Positions 26,506 to 38,870 of a DNA stretch of 64,000 nt are shown here, piece by piece. The notes below the pieces were generated by a model. It was not told the DNA's origin. It saw only the letters and a list, made by a program, of their open reading frames with translations, and ran no database searches. Origin of the DNA: Octopus sinensis (lineage: Eukaryota); assembly GCF_006345805.1 (NCBI RefSeq), contig NC_043013.1:54746001-54810000 (forward strand), written 5' to 3'. The first letter of the stretch is position 1. Every line of letters starts with the position of its first letter. A program made the position numbers and the translations under genes.

Positions 26506-27149
26506 TATATTATAAATGCAAAACAACATGTAAGCTTAAGTAATAAACCGTGATAGGAGAACTGCAATATGGCAAGGGATTACTGTAATTTTATCAAACT
26601 GACCCCTACCCATTACTTATTTCTGTGAATCACCTTTTTAAAACTGGATCAAGCATTTCATTCTGTTGTGTTATATTTAGTTATGTGTAATAAAACAAGG
26701 AGTGGATGACTGCATGATACACTTTCCATGAGACAATTAATTGTAAATGAACTCTCATGAAAAATATCTGCATTTGAAATAAAATTCCTGCCAAAGGAAT
26801 TTAATGGCACAGTTTCTACACATGAAGAAATATTAGACTTTTGGTTCCTGAGTTATTTTATGTTCAGTATTCTCTTGATATGAATTATCATCAACAATAG
26901 AACCCTCATTGTCAGTTTAAACAAAGTTGAGAAGCAGAAGGAGTGGAGTGGGGGGTGGGATGAAAGGCTTGTGGTAGATGACATGGATCACCTTAGAGAA
27001 GATGTCAGGGTCCTGGATGTGTAAAGGTGTTGATGAGAAAATGGTTTTCAATTGGTGTGAAAATCTTGGTCCAGGTACAATTTGAAAACCACAACTTCCA
27101 AAGTGGTATCCAACTTCCCTACATCTGGTAATGCCAGCAATAACAATAA

Positions 27150-27315
27150 TAATAATTATTATTATTTGGAAGTATTAGACCAAATGTCTTGTGTATTTTT
27201 TCTGACTCTAAGTTCTGAGTTAAAATCCAGCCAAGGGGAACTTTACTTTTTATCCTTTCAGGGTTAATAAAATTTCCCCCCAAAATGTTGCTGGCCTGGT
27301 GCCTACATCAGAGAC
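27150..27315 (+). mobile_element. SINE family A, deleted
   Basis: ttctgagttaaaatcc...actttacttttatcctttcagggttaataaa. Confidence 0.65.
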
Positions 27316-27784
27316 AATCCTCCTCCTTTCCATCTCCATCACCATCATCATCATCATAGCATTTTGGCTCCATTCTTTTGAAATAAAGTCAATTCCATAT
27401 TATATGCAACATTCTATAATAATTGCATGAAAAATTAATCTGACCTTAAGGAATCAGATTAAAAATTGATCAAATGTCAACTGAGTTTTTTGCTGAATGG
27501 CTTTTGTTGTAATCATCATCATCATCATCATCATTGCTGTATTGTCATCATCATCGTCACCATCACCTTCATCATTCTATTATCGTCATGTTTACTTTTT
27601 TTCTCATCAGTTGTTTGTGTCCCCCCCGCTCTCTACCAAATTCTCACAGAAACAATAGTTGCTTAGTCTCTGTTTTTGTTTCCCTCCTCTTGACTCCCAT
27701 GCTCATTTCACACCCTTCATAGAATCTTTCCTGAAAGTCAGTTTCTGCTCTACATTGTCATCGGAGTTCTCTGATGAATTTATT

Positions 27785-28160
27785 GGCACCAATGTGGCTG
27801 TGTGGCAGGAAGCTTGCTTCCCAACCCCATGGTTCCAGGTTCAGTCTTACTGCATGGCTCCTTGGGCAAATGTCTTCTACTATAGCCTCAGGCCGACCAA
27901 AGCCTTGTGAGGAGATTTGGCAGACAGAAACTGAAAGAAGCCCATCGTATATGTGTGTGTGTGTTTGTGTCTGTCCCCCACCACTGCTTGGCTCCTGGTG
28001 TTGGTGTTTTTACGTTCCCTTAACTTAGCAGTTCAGAAAGAGACCAATAAAATAAGTACCAGGCTTAAAATATAAAAAAAAGTCCTGGGGTCAGTTTATT
28101 TGACTAAAATTCTTCAAGGTACTCCCCAGCATGGCTGCAGTCTACTGACAGGTAAAAAAT
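27785..28160 (+). mobile_element. SINE family B, full-length
   Basis: gtggctgtgtggcaggaagcttgc...cttgggcaaatgtcttctactatagcc...ccccagcatggctgcagtc. Confidence 0.88.
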
Positions 28161-28274
28161 TAAAGATCTGCTTCTGTGTGTACAGTGGGGTTGGACGGGT
28201 CTATAAAGTGTAAGTCTGATCATAGCAAAAAGACAAAAAAAAAAACAGTTTGTTTTTGCATAACCACACTAAGA

Positions 28275-28400
28275 AAGAAATCATCAGCATCGTCGTTTTA
28301 ACGTCTACTTTTCCCACCTGGCATGGGTCGGACAAAAGTACATTAGAGCAGAGTTCCTGCAGCTGGATACCCTTCCGGTTGCCAACCTCCGTTTGTTTAT
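28275..28400 (-). mobile_element. Family C retroposon 3' part
   Basis: catcgtcgttttaacgtctacttttcc...cagctggatacccttccggttgccaacc. Confidence 0.75.
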
Positions 28401-28614
28401 TTGTATTTTGTTGTTGTTGTTTAGTTCCTAGTAAACCATCATAAGCATTCCAGCCATGACCATTCTGTCTTTACATATGCCAAAGACTACAATACAACCT
28501 TTCTTTTTTTTATATGATTTTTATGTGATTGTTTTGCAAGAGACTTAGCTGTTATTTCTAGCTGTTAGGGTGACTACATAGAGGTTATATACTACTGAAA
28601 TACTATTGTGGTGT

Positions 28615-29010
28615 TGTTTTCTTTTATTCTTTTACTTGTCTCAGTCTGTGGCCATGTTGGGGCACCCCGCTGAAGGGATTAGTTGATCAAATTAAACCCA
28701 ATATTTCAAGTCTGGTACTTATCAAGTTGGTATCTTGTTTGCTAAACCAATCAGTTACAGGGATGTAAACAAACTAACACTGGTTATGAACTGATAAGAA
28801 ACATACCCAAAGATGCATGTTTGCATACACACATTCACATTCATTTGTTGAGCTTCTGTACAGTTTCCATCTATCAGATTTGGTTGCAAGATACTGGTTG
28901 GTTTAAAATTGTAGTAGAAGGCACTTGTTCAAGGTGCAGTGCTGTGGGATTGAACCTGACACCATATGGTTATGAAGCAAACTTCTTAATCGCACAACCA
29001 CGCCTGCATC
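28615..29010 (-). mobile_element. Two diverged SINE family B pieces
   Basis: tttacttgtctcagtctgtggccatg... and gtagaaggcacttgttcaagg...gggattgaacc. Confidence 0.65.
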
Positions 29011-29035
29011 ATTGCCCATTTTTATTTCTCTCTCT

Positions 29036-29424
29036 CTTTTACTTGTTTCAGTCATTTGACTGCGGCCATGCTGGAGCACCGCCTTTAATCGAGCAACTCG
29101 ACCCCGGGACTTATTCTTTTGTAAGCCCAGTACTTATTATATCAGTCTCTTTTGCCGAACCGCTAAGTAATGGGGACATAAATACACCAGCATCAGTGGT
29201 CAAGCAATGCTAGGGGGACAAACACAGACACACAAACACACACACGCATATATATATACATATATACGACGGGCTTCTTTCAGTTTCCGTCTACCAAATC
29301 CACTCACAAGGCTTTGGTCGGCCTGAGGCTCTAGTAGAAGACACTTGCCCAAGGTGCCACGCAGTGGGACTGAACCCGGAACCATGTGATTGGTTAACAA
29401 GCTACTTACCACACAGCCACTCCT
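29036..29424 (-). mobile_element. SINE family B, full-length, young
   Basis: Clean reverse complement of family B from tail (ttttacttgtttcagtcatttgactg) to head (accacacagccactcct). Confidence 0.93.
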
Positions 29425-29439
29425 GGTGATTTCAATGGT

Positions 29440-29805
29440 ATTGATGTTGTTGTGTGTATCTTGGAGATTGGAGAGTCTCCCTCCACTTCAAGTTGCTGTT
29501 TCTCTGCATTGACAAGTCACAGCTCTGATAGTGCAAACCTGTGGTTAGAATGTCCCAAGAAAGAATGGCAGGATGGATTCCTCAGACTGTGCCAACTGAC
29601 AGGAGACATAAGGCAGACCAAGAATGAGCCAGTTGGACAATATCCAGATTCTCAGTCGGTTGCACTTGGAAATCCAACAAGAAAATTTAATAATGATTGC
29701 TTTTGATAAGGCCGTATGGAGGAGGCGCCTGAAGACTCTTCCCCCTATCCCTACCCCATGACCCTCCCAGGAATAGAGGGCAGCAAATATCGATGGATGG
29801 ATGAT
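29440..29805 (+). mobile_element. RTE LINE 3' end, decayed
   Basis: VVRMSQER..GRPRM..DNI..AFDKAVWRRRL resembles the RTE C-terminus; ends in gatggatggatg. Confidence 0.7.
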
Positions 29806-30049
29806 AATGATGTTGTCAGCCTCGATGAAGCCGACCTATGATCAGAAGCACTCCAGCCACGACCATTTCATCTTTTATTCTGTCAAAGTGTACCTAAGAC
29901 AATATTATTTGATGTGCCTGTCTTCTAAGTTGGAGCAATTTGAGGGAGATTTGATTGTTAATTCTAGCAAACTGAATGGCAGCATATGGATGTGAAGAGA
30001 CGTCCTTCTTTGGCTCATAGAATGGTGTTTAGAAGGTATTACCTGCAAG

Positions 30050-30300
30050 ATGGTGACAGTGATGGTGGTGAAGGTGAGGGTGGAGTTCGTTGTAATGAGT
30101 GCAATGGTGGGGGGGGGCTAGCAGCAGCAGCAGTAGTAGTAGTAGTAGTAGTAGTAATATTGATGATGGTGGTGGTAGAAATGTTGGTGGCGTTGGTTTT
30201 TGTGCTGGTGATGGTTATGACTTTGGTAGCAGTGGCTGTAAGGGTAATAGTGGCAGTTGGAGTGGAAGGCTAGGGTGGTGGTGGTGGTGGTGGTAGGAGT
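30050..30300. repeat. Low-complexity (GGT)/(GTA)/(GCA) tract
   Basis: Direct reading. Confidence 0.85.
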
Positions 30301-30702
30301 GGTCGTTGTTCGTCAGGTGATTTAATAAATGTATGTTGCTTGTTGTTTTGTCATTTCGTATTGTGTACACATCACTTAATAAGTGTATTTGCTTTGTGTA
30401 CACAGCACTGACAAGTGTACCTAAATGTATATTTGTACAATGTGTACATGTGTTTGTTGCTCACTTGATTTCAATGTAAGTTACTGTCAATAGGTTTTGC
30501 CCTGGGCAATGAGCAACAACAACAGCAACAACAACAACAGCAAGTTGTTTCATAGTCATGTTTTTTTGTTTTTTTACATTTGTCTCTGATATGATGACTG
30601 AAGTGATGACTCCTGTATATGGCAAAAGTGATTGTTTAATAAGTGATGTCTATTTGCTTTCTGCTTGTCTCTGCGTGTGTGTAATGTGTGTGTGTGTGAT
30701 TG

Positions 30703-30774
30703 CCTACCGACCCACCTACCGACCCACCTACCGACCCACCTACCGACCCACCTACCGACCCACCTACCGACCCA
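30703..30774. repeat. Six perfect 12-bp tandem units CCTACCGACCCA
   Basis: Counted directly. Confidence 0.95.
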
Positions 30775-33700
30775 CCTACCTACCTTGCTTATCTATCTGT
30801 CTATCTTTTCAATTCTCTGTCTGTCTCCCCCTCTCTCTCTCTCTATCTCTCTCTCTTTTTTATGTTTATATGTGTGTGTTTGTGTGTGTGTTTGTGTCTA
30901 TGCTTATGTACATACATGTGCATGTGCATGCATGTGTACGTGTGAGTTTGTGTGTGTACGTGTAGGTGTGCAGCACACATTTAGCCAAAGTGGGAGATGT
31001 CAGAAATGGAAAACTGTTAAATGTGTTTTCTTGGTTTTGTCAGTGTATTCTTTCTTTCTTTCTTTCTTTCTTTCCTTCCTTTGCTTTATTTATTTATTTA
31101 TTTATTTATTCTCTTATTTCTTTTCTTTTGGGTTGCTCCAAAACTCTTCTACATCAGATGATGTCAGACATGTGTCTTACTAATTTGTTTGTTATTTAGA
31201 CACGAAATGTGTGTCTTCTTTTTTTTTTTTTTTTACTAATGGCCAAGATCCAGTCTAAAAACTGTAATAAAGCTTTACTACATGTCGTGCAGCCATCTTG
31301 AACTGCATACAGAATATTACAGGATGTTTTGGTTAGTTTTTTGTGCACCTTATCCTGATATATATATTGTAATAAAATTATTCTATGTTATTATGCTAAA
31401 AGGTCAATTGTGTACAAACATTTGCTGTCATATGTTAAATATATATATATGTATATATATATATATTTCCTTCCTTCCTGAAATGCCATTTCTAATGCAA
31501 ACAATTAGAAATATCAAGGTTTTAACCAATGTTTATATGAATCAAATAAAACGAGTGACTCTCAAACATACCGTGTAAAGAAAATAGGCATATATTTGCC
31601 TAAGTTTTTTCTCCAGAACATCATGATGGTTCTTCAGTCAATGTTAATAAAGACAAACTCTCATTTTGCTACATTATAAATTAGGGGTTCTCATCCATTT
31701 TTTACTTATGGCTTCCTTTGACTACTATTTTATTCTGGTGGACCCCCCCTAGCCATTAGATGTTTGAATTCTAGTTTTATAGAAACTTGTTTCAATATTC
31801 TTGCTTTGTTTTTCACACATAAACTTGTGTAGGTTGAATTCTGTAAAACTATAGAGAAAGATATCGAGCAGTTTTTTGCAACACATGCCAATATATACAT
31901 TTAAAACAGAATTTTTCTCAGGGACCCTTAAAATACTATTGTGGATCTCCAATTTACTATTTTATTGTGCAGACCCCCACAAAAATCTTATATGGCCCCT
32001 CAGAGACCACAGAACCACTGTTACAAATAGTAGCCAGCCACAAGGAGTATTTTTTTAGAGTGTTGGCCATCTATATTTTTTAGTTTCTGTACATGTTGAC
32101 TATCATCATTGCTTTAAACATGGCAGGAAGGACTGCAATGATGCATTATGGTGATGACTTGTTTATAAAACTTCACTGCTTTGTATATTTTATTTGCCTC
32201 ACAACTGCTAGAAATAGCAGTCAAATCTCCTCAAATCACATACTAGTCTCTTATGAAAAGTATGGATACATTAGATAATGGTGTCCTATAAATTCATGAA
32301 ATGTTGGGTGATAGTCATTACTGGATAGTATTATGAATGACCTGGGGGTTTAAATAAAAATAACAGTTTGAGGGAACCACTATGTAGTCACCAGCCCTGC
32401 TAGAAATAGCAGCCAATTCTCTTTCAAGTCAGACTCTACTTTGGTAAAAATGGAGGCAAAAGAAACTAGAAAGGAGATACAAGAGTCACAGAAGTGAAAT
32501 TCCTTTTAAGAGTAACTTAGAGGTACCAGTGCTACCTCTAAGTTAGGGAGAAAACCATATCATTGTGTGATATCTGTCCACAGAGGTTTCTCTACAATTA
32601 TTACTGTTTGTGTTGTAAATATAGTCAGTCGTTTCTGTATGATGTGTCAAGGGAGCAGTTATTTTACTGTCACAAAACTTGCGACCCCCTGAAAGAACAA
32701 AACCTACCTATTATGAAAGACAATCTATCTATGAGCATTGTCCAATGTGTATCTTCTCTTTTTAAAAAAATGGTAGAATGCAGTTTGAAGAAGCTTTTTG
32801 CTGCTATTTCTAGCACTTTTATATATATTCTCCGTTAATTTAAGTTTACTTTTTACAGGCTAACGAGAGAGACCCTATGTGGTCACCCACCTCACAAGAA
32901 ACAACAACTGAATTTCCCTCAAATCCCATCCAGGTGTCTTAAAAAGGAAATGTTCTGGAAGGCTGAGAGGGGTACAGCTGGAACAACTTTTGTCATAGGA
33001 AGGGGTTTACCCAAAAATGGACAGCAGCAGCAAGAACAACAGCAACAACAACAGCAGCAATCTTATCATTAACATCAGCAACATCAAGAACAACAACACC
33101 AACCAGGCTTTAAGTTTTTAGCTGTTCCATAGTAAAAAATGCATTTGTTTCTTGGATTTCAATTTGCAATATTTTCCATATTTCTTTACTATTTATCTGA
33201 CTTTTTTACTTGTTTCTGAATGCCAATGCTTTAGGGGTTTTTGAGAAAAGGTAAAGGAGATGCAATACATGTGTGTATGTGTGTGTGAACGAGATAGAAA
33301 CAGACAGTGTGTGTGTGTGGTGTGTGTGTGTGTGTGTGTGTGAGACAGGGATCTAGCTGTTGACAGCTGCTGTAGTGATTTACTTTCAGTCTTTTCGTCT
33401 GTAATTTATACACCAAGGTGTGTTTTCTATTGTGTTTACAACAATAATCCTGCATTACGTTGTTGTTGTTAAATGACATATTTGTGGGGTTTTTTTAATG
33501 CTTATTTTTCATTTCAATTTTACAATTTCTAGAATTTCAAACTGATGAAATTTACTGAGTTTATTTATTTTGTTTCTTTTGTTATTCTGTAGCTTTAAAG
33601 GAGTAAGGGAGTGCCATGTTTTGAATACATTAATTTAGATTGATTATCATTATTATTATTATTGTTGTTGTTGTTTTTATCTAGAATCTAGAATGCTTCC

Positions 33701-33830
33701 TTTCATGAGAATATCACTGGTTTTTGTGGTGATTCGTTGAAAGATGGAAATTTGTGATAGCTATTGGATATCTATGTGTGAAAAATGAGGGAAGTCACAA
33801 AATGTAATGTTTCCACTTATCTTTCATCAG

Positions 33831-33951
33831 GATGATCACTGACACTGAGTAGGAAATAATGACAAATCTTCTCAATCTGCAAAAGACTTCTGACTTTACA
33901 GCATTGATGCCAATGGTGATGAAAGCAGAAACTGCCAAATTTTGCTTCATC
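33831..33951 (+). other. Candidate spliced exon (UTR or lncRNA-like)
   Basis: Strong acceptor tttccacttatctttcatcag and donor CATC|gtaagt; stops in all frames from the acceptor. Confidence 0.25.
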
Positions 33952-34114
33952 GTAAGTTTTCAACCAGCAAATCTGACAAATGTGATATCAGAGTTTTAAG
34001 GATCAATACACACCAGATTTAATTTTGGATCACACAACTGACCCATCATCAGCTACATTTTCCTTCTAATCCTAAAGATCTGGGAATCATGTCTGCAACA
34101 TTAATCTACTCTAG

Positions 34115-34300
34115 GGTGGCAAGCTGGCAGAATCGTTAGTATCCCTGTTTTTATGTTCTGAGCTCAAATTCCACCAAAGTTGACTTTGCTTTTCATCCTT
34201 TCAGGGTCAATAAAATAAAGTACTAGTTGAGCACTGGGGTCGATGTAATCAACCTGCCCCTCCTTCAAAACTGCTGGCATTGTGCCAACATTTGAAACCA
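34115..34300 (+). mobile_element. SINE family A
   Basis: ggcaagctggcagaatcgttag...gttgactttgcttttcatcctttcagggtcaataaaataaagtac. Confidence 0.88.
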
Positions 34301-34689
34301 ATATTAATCTATTCTCTTCATCCATCTCCTACCCCACACTTTCACCATAATCTTTCTTACAGTAATAATGTTACACACAAAAACTGTTTCTAGAATTCTT
34401 CTCAGAGGAGAACTCAGAGTAAATTTCCTTCAAAACATTTTTTGTTTTTCCTGAAAATTCTTCAGTTAATGTGTTTCTCTCAGACATTGATCAGGCTGTA
34501 GAAATAGTTCCAACCAAGATATATGTTTAGTTGGCACTTAAAATGATTTTCCTAAAATTATAGGCACGATAACATCATATATTATTGACCGTATTCTAAA
34601 AGCTATAACTTCATATCACATTCAGATATTTAAGAATATAAATAAACTGGCTCATCTCATCAAGGTCAGAAAATATTTCAGCCCCTAAC

Positions 34690-35200
34690 AGCTGCTGGTG
34701 CTCTACAAGATTTAAGAAGGGTCAACAAAGGACTGCAACCCCCACTTCTGTGAGAGGATTGGTGCTGCATACAGAGACACCCTGGACAGCATCCAGAGAA
34801 GGATCAGGGTGCCTCTGAATGTAGCACCAATGGTCACTTGAGTGATTGGGATTTAATCAACATGCTCCAGTCTCGGAACCACTGAGACGCTGTCTCCTTC
34901 TTTCTCTCTGCCGTTAATATTGCTACTTAAATGGCCTGAATTCCTTGAAGTTGGCTGGTCTGGTAACTCTATCACCAAGGCACCTCCAGTTCATCCATCT
35001 TCCCATCATGCCTTACTCTTGTTACATCCTACACTCTCAGTTCCACACTAATCATAAATCTCAGTCCTTCCTCCTCGTTACATCATCCCTCTGGAATCTT
35101 CCCACTGCTCAGGTCTTTCCTGCAGATGTTGACTTGCAATCATTTCGGTGGAACAATAACAGCATCAACCTCACCAGTCTCAAAGAGTCTCTTTCTCAAA
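34690..35200 (+). mobile_element. CR1/Jockey-type LINE 3' fragment, decayed
   Basis: LDSIQRR..LQSRNH..YCYLNG..KSQSFLLVTSSLWNLPTAQVFPADVDLQSFR resembles SFF.RT..LWN.LP..VFP...LQ.FK. Confidence 0.65.
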
Positions 35201-35339
35201 CTAAATATACATATGTGTGAATGTGTGTGCACATAAGGGTACATGCGCACACACACACACATATATATATATATGCACATATGTATATATATATATATAC
35301 AAACATATATGCGTGTGTATACACACACACACATATATT

Positions 35340-35515
35340 TATTCTTTTCTACTCTGGGCACAAGGCCCGAAATTTTTGGGGAGGGGGCTACTCAATTAGA
35401 TTGATCCCAGTATGCAACTGGTACTTAATTTATTGAACCCGAAAGAATGAAAGGCAAAGTCGACTTCAGCAGAATTTAAACTCAGAACGTAAAGACAGGC
35501 AAAATACCACTTACA
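35340..35515 (-). mobile_element. SINE family A
   Basis: cccagtatgcaactggtacttaatttattgaacccgaaagaatgaaaggcaaagtcgac. Confidence 0.88.
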
Positions 35516-36395
35516 CATATATTTATATTGATAAATAGACAGATGTGTGTGTGTGTGCATGTGAGCATAGTACATGAAGGATAATAGGAATATGCAAACA
35601 TTACATTCTGTTGATGAAGAAAAATGCACTCAATACTTCAAGACAGAGTTTATTTAAGTGGAGTTCTTTCTTTCAACTTGACTTTTCCATTGCAGCCATT
35701 GATAAGTTCTTAACAATCTCTAAGGCATAATGTATACATACATATATATATATATACACACATACACACACACACATATCTATATATACATATATATATT
35801 CATGCACAAACACATACATACACAACATTTAATTGAAAACAAATATCTAACACAGAAACCTAGGAATGTTGCTACTGATGGGAATTGAACTGCCCATCTT
35901 TTACATTCAGAGTAAATGCCTAACTGCTTATACCATTGGGAGAACATACATTTGTTCTTTGAAAATTGGTTACACATGTCTCTCGGAAACACTAAATATC
36001 CTAGATATTTAATCTAGAATTTGATCAGAATCTCCATTGTCTAGAACCAGCTCTCTCCTTTTAATATCTCATATATATAATATCCCATCTTCATTGACAA
36101 ATATATGAAATATAAAAAAAAAGTAACAAAATATAATCACAGACAATATGAATAAATTACATATTAATAGGTAAGTTTTTGATGGAAACAATATTAAACA
36201 TGAGACATTTGTAAATAATAATTTGAGCTTGTGAAAATAACAATAGTCATGCAGACAGGAATCAAATTATAGATTTTATATATATATATATTTATATATA
36301 TACACACATACAAACCCATATATATCCTCATCATCATTCTGATCACACACAGACACACATATTTACTGATACTATGTTACAAATTCACATACATG

Positions 36396-36442
<47 letters not shown>

Positions 36443-36716
36443 ACACACACACTCACACACACATACACACACACATATCTGTATTATCATGTAAGTGTAT
36501 ATATGAATGTATATCTTTTTATATACATATACTGGTCACCACAGGGACTATATGTATATAAACAAGCATACAAAATATTAATTACAAACATGTTTCACTT
36601 TGCTATTTTCCTTTCAAATATCCTCTCCTATTTTGTCTAGTATGACTTTATTTACAAGATCATAGCATCAAAACTTCACTTATATCTGCATAACTAACTC
36701 ATATATGTTTACATAC

Positions 36717-36793
<77 letters not shown>

Positions 36794-36849
36794 CATACAT
36801 ATACATATATATATATGTGTATATATGTGTGTGTGTGTGTATATATATA

Positions 36850-37187
36850 TACGAGGGTGAGTCAAAAAGTAATGCCATTTTGTTTAGGACAGGTATAATT
36901 ACCAACACAAGAACATGCATCATACATCAAAAGGAAGCTGGTCCTCTGTGGATCACATCCCTACTTCTCAACATAGTCACTGTTTCTCTCAGAAGCAATG
37001 TTCCACCTTCAAATGAGAGCATGTATCCCTGCACTGTAAAATTCTGTTGATTGTTCTTTGAGCCACTTCTTCCCAACCTCCACACTCACCAGATTTAGTG
37101 CCTTCAGACTATCATCTCTACGGTGCCACAAAAGAGGGTCTGAGAGGCAAACATTATTCCAGTGACAAGGAAGTGAAAACTGTAGTG
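36850..37187 (-). mobile_element. Mariner transposon 3' fragment with TIR and internal inversion
   Basis: TA+CGAGGGTGAGTCAAAAAGT TIR; minus strand [35 protein letters not shown]; plus strand 37072-37187 QPPHSPDLVPSDYHLYGATKEGLRGKHYSSDKEVKTVV (YSPDL motif). Confidence 0.92.
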
Positions 37188-37319
37188 GTGGTGCCCCAGC
37201 ATGGCCACAGCCCAGAGACTGAAACAAGTAAAAGATAAAAGGGGGAAAAAAATACAAGGGATCATTAGCAACAAGGACCTCCACCATTCATATAACATAA
37301 ATACCATTCTAATTTGAAC

Positions 37320-37700
37320 CGTTGCCAAGTTTGCTTTTTAGACACATTATTCTATGGTGGTTATGATGAATACCAGTCATATCTTGGAGTCAATGTACTC
37401 AACTGTTCTCTTCCTTAAAATATGTGGCCCCACTGGTGTGTTCATCAGAAATCAATAAAATATGAATAATGGCATAAGAGCTGATGTCACAAATCCTGGA
37501 CAGATTTGATTCAAGCAAGATGCCTTTACATAGAAGACAAGAGTGGAACAAAGTTAGAAGGTCATCGTCTACAAACAGAACAGTTATCATCAATGGATGA
37601 CGATTGTGATCAGCAGAGGAAACTTAACGGAAAACAAATTGGAACTATTTTTGTCTTTGCTGATGTGATGAATGTCAGCATCCTGCTTAAGTAACCACAG
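37320..37700 (-). mobile_element. Possible very decayed R4-type RT fragment
   Basis: ITVLFVDDDLL resembles LLFMDDL; CLKSKLGNGSN resembles LKSKLNGGN. Confidence 0.3.
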
Positions 37701-38108
37701 TTGCACAGATTACAGAAATTACATGTGGTGCCTCTGTTTTATATACACTCTAAGCCAGAGGAAGCTTCTGTAGAATCCTCATTCTATCAGTTTAGACTCT
37801 ATAAAGAGTCATTCTTTCATGTGTAGCATGTTTTAATACCAAAGACCTAAGGATCAACATAGGACCGTAATATAACCAGGATCACCACGACCACAATGTT
37901 ATGCATACAATCAAATGTTACCCCAGTTATAATATATTTGCATATCTTAGTTCATTGACAGTGAGGTCATTATTCTTAACCATTTGATTGGCTGCCTCTG
38001 CTCTAGGGGTCAACTTGAGCATAATGAAACAGATCAATAGCAAATACATTGTCAAATCAGAAGTTAGAAAAGAATTATGAAAATTTTCACACAGAACACA
38101 CACACACA

Positions 38109-38158
<50 letters not shown>

Positions 38159-38531
38159 ATACACGCACACACACGCACACACAGAGAAAAGTTCTGTGAT
38201 AGATGCTTGGCTTCAAATCAGCCAGATTCGGTAGATCTGAGAATAAAATTATTCCATCCATGGCCAGCCAGTAGTTTGTAGGTACACCTACATTTTCTAA
38301 TGAGCCCTTACATCTTTAAGACAGTAATTTTGATTTAAGGGAGATGTTGTTCACCTTGTACTACTCGGTTCATTAGCTTAATGCACAGTTACTGTTTCCC
38401 AGTTTTATTGCATGTGCGTGTGTGTGTGTGTGTATTGAAAAATGGAATTTTATGTATCAAATCATGCAAAATAACCTTAAATAAGCTGGGAAAGACTTAG
38501 AATTTTTTTTTATACATAATAATAATAATTT

Positions 38532-38870
38532 GTGAAGGTGAATGGTTCAATGGTTAGAGCGTCGAGCTTACAATCGTGAGGTTGTGAGCTTGAATCCCGG
38601 ACCGGGCTGCATGTTGTGTTCTTGAGCAAGACACTTTATTTCACGTTGCTTCAGTTCACTCAGCTGTAGAAATGAGTTGCGACGTCACTGGTGCCAAGCT
38701 GTATCGACCTTTGTCTTTCCCTTGGATAACACTTGTGGCGTAGAGAGGGGAGGCCGATATGCATGGGTGACTGCTGGTCTTCCATAAACAACCTTGCCCA
38801 GACTTGTGACTGGGAGGGTAACTTTCTAGGTGCAATCTCATGGTCTGTGTTGTGACCGAAGGGGTCTCAG
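38532..38870 (+). mobile_element. tRNA-derived SINE (family D head, distinct body)
   Basis: A box tggttcaatggttagagc, B-box-like ttgaatcccgg, 'cttgagcaagacac..cactcagctgtagaaatgag' domain. Confidence 0.85.

Noticed and set aside
33015-33110. Poly-Q-like CAG/CAA run
   Set aside because: In-frame stop and no flanking splice structure; simple repeat
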